From: Octopus bimaculoides
Taxonomy: Eukaryota
Reading direction: 5' to 3'
DNA: 64,000 bases
Assembly: GCF_001194135.2 (NCBI RefSeq)
Contig: NC_068994.1
Coordinates: forward strand, 15,167,796 to 15,231,795
Below the pieces are notes generated by a model that worked only from the letters and a program-made list of their open reading frames with translations, did no database searches and had not been told where the DNA came from. Within the stretch, counting starts at the first letter, position 1, and the number at the start of each line of letters is the position of its first letter. The translations under genes were made by a program, and so were the position numbers. Shown one piece after another: positions 62,050 through 64,000 of this stretch.

Positions 62050-62433
62050 AGGAGTGGCTGTGTGGTAAGTAGCTTGCTTACCAACCACATGGTTCTGGGT
62101 TCAGTCTCACTGCGTGGCACCTTAGGCAAGTGTCTTCTACTATAGCCTCGGGCCGACCAAAGCCTTGTGAGTGGATTTAGTAGACGGAAACTGAAAGAAG
62201 CCCGTCATATATATGTATATATATATATGTTTGTGTGTCTGTGTTTGTCCCCCCAACTTCACTTGACAACCAATGCTGGTGTGTTTACGTCCCTGTAACT
62301 TAGCGGTTCGGCAAAAAGAGACCGATAGAATAAGTACTAGGCTTACAAAGAATAAGTCCTGGGGTCGATTTGCTCGACTAAAGGCGGTGCCCCAACATGG
62401 CCACAGTCAAATGACTGAAACGAGTAAAAGAGT
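62050..62433 (+). mobile_element. Full-length young tRNA-derived SINE
   Basis: aggagtggctgtgtggtaag...gggttcagtctcactgcg...aatgactgaaacgagtaaaagag. Confidence 0.9.
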
Positions 62434-63682
62434 TGATAAAGTGTAAAATATCAAAACTGTTAACTTAACTCACAATTCTTTGTGTTTGCTAATCCTTTCC
62501 AGATTGCAAACATTAATAGCACGTACTCATATGAGTTAAGTTAATGAATGTCCCAAGGATTTGGAGCATAGACAATGTCACTCAAGGGTTTTTTTTTTAT
62601 CATTATCAAATTGGTCTTTACTGTTATGAATAAAAATAGACTAGTGATTTAAGGATTGTTATCATAACCTGGTTTTGATTTTCTGACAAAATGGTACCCT
62701 TTCAATACTAATTCTTTTACATTGGGTAAACATCATAAATTTCCATTTATTTTGGGTCTATAGGATCAGTCTTTTATCTTCCATTTTTCTTATTGTAATT
62801 TGTGACAGGTTAAAATGCTACCCATTTCCTCTTCTTCCATTCAAATGCATTAGCCAGTTGGATTTCCTAGGGATCTTTTTCCTTTTGGATTGAAAAACTG
62901 TAATTATATGTCATAGAAATCAATACAAATGTGCACTACCAGTGTGATAGTGTGTAATCTTGCACATGTCAGGCAACATCACTGCCAATTTGACTGCAAC
63001 TATTAAAGAATCTATTGACAGAGAGTATTTTAACAGATGTTATAGTTTTTATGTTCTTCATTTGTTTTTATAATATTTAAACTTTATCTTAACCTTTTCA
63101 ATTCTAAACGTTCTGTGAAAAAAATCATTCTGTCAATGATGAATTGAGATCAATTTTTTTTTTGGTGGGGGGAGACAGGGGAAGAGATCAAAACAATTTT
63201 AATCACCAATGAAACTTGAGCTCAGTTGTCATTTCAGTGAGATTAAGAGCTTCAACCGGGAGATGGTCAATAATGTAAATGCAAATGCAAATGTTAATCT
63301 AATTAAAGGATAAGCTCCAGTAATATGCTCACAAGTGGTAGTTATTGCTCAGAAAACAATATAACAGTCCATTGTTTAAAACCTATTTCCTGTGAACATA
63401 AAAATGCAATAAAGGAATTGCAACAGTGCATAAGATTGAAACTGTTTAAATTGGTTCAATTTTTTTAAGCCAGAATAGCATTTGCAACAAACTCATTTAC
63501 ATCTAGTTTTATGTAGACTATCATTGCCTGGATAAATACACAACAATGAGAAATTTAGTAGTGTCAAAGTGGATCATCAGCTTCAGATGAACACACATAA
63601 ACATGTGTACTTGTATACACACACACACTAATGCATAGATGTTAATTTACAGTTTCTTTCTTAGAACAAGCAGTTGTATTGT

Positions 63683-64000
63683 TGTTGGCACTCCGTCGCT
63701 TACGACGTTGAGGGTTCCAGTTGATCTGATCAACGGAACAGTCTGCTCGTGAAATTAACTTGCAAGTGGCTGAGCATTCCACAGACACGTGTACCCTTAA
63801 CGTAGTTCTCGGGGATATTCAGCGTGACACAGTGTGTGACAAGGCTGGCCCCTTTGAATTACAGGCACAACAGAAACAGGAAGTAAGAGTGAGAGAAAGT
63901 TGTGGTGGAAGAGTACAGCAGGGTTCGCCACAATCCCCTGCCGGAGCCTCGTGGAGCTTTAGATGTTTTTACTCAATAAACACTCACAACGTCCGGTCTG
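63683..64000 (-). mobile_element. tRNA-derived SINE (family of 39501), head beyond the window edge
   Basis: tgttggcactccgtcgcttacgacg...caataaacactcacaacg, colinear with 39501-39815. Confidence 0.9.

Overview
AT-rich, repeat-dense animal genomic DNA with four N-gaps. The SINE/MITE repertoire resembles Octopus; this is recalled, not searched. The only host coding sequence I can support is two + strand exons of a REEP1-4-subfamily (TB2/DP1/HVA22) ER-shaping gene: 8647-8723 (77 nt, [26 protein letters not shown]) and 38800-38920 (121 nt, [40 protein letters not shown]). They splice in frame across a 30,076-nt intron, so the rest of the window is probably intronic. Neither exon appears as such in the ORF track. 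The introns contain: a decayed hAT (Buster/SPIN-type) transposase; an internally deleted Chapaev3-like element; a Tc1 5' fragment; an RTE LINE 3' end; at least four Penelope-like element (PLE) remnants; ten copies of a TTAA-targeting piggyBac-type MITE, one nested in another; mariner and hAT MITEs; and many tRNA-derived or RTE-tailed SINEs. The most interesting observations are hammerhead-ribozyme motifs in PLE termini (one behind a tRNA-like Pol III module, one apparently intact at a gap edge), two diverged PLEs joined back to back, and several long fold-back structures in the predicted pre-mRNA, including a 93-bp near-perfect palindrome.
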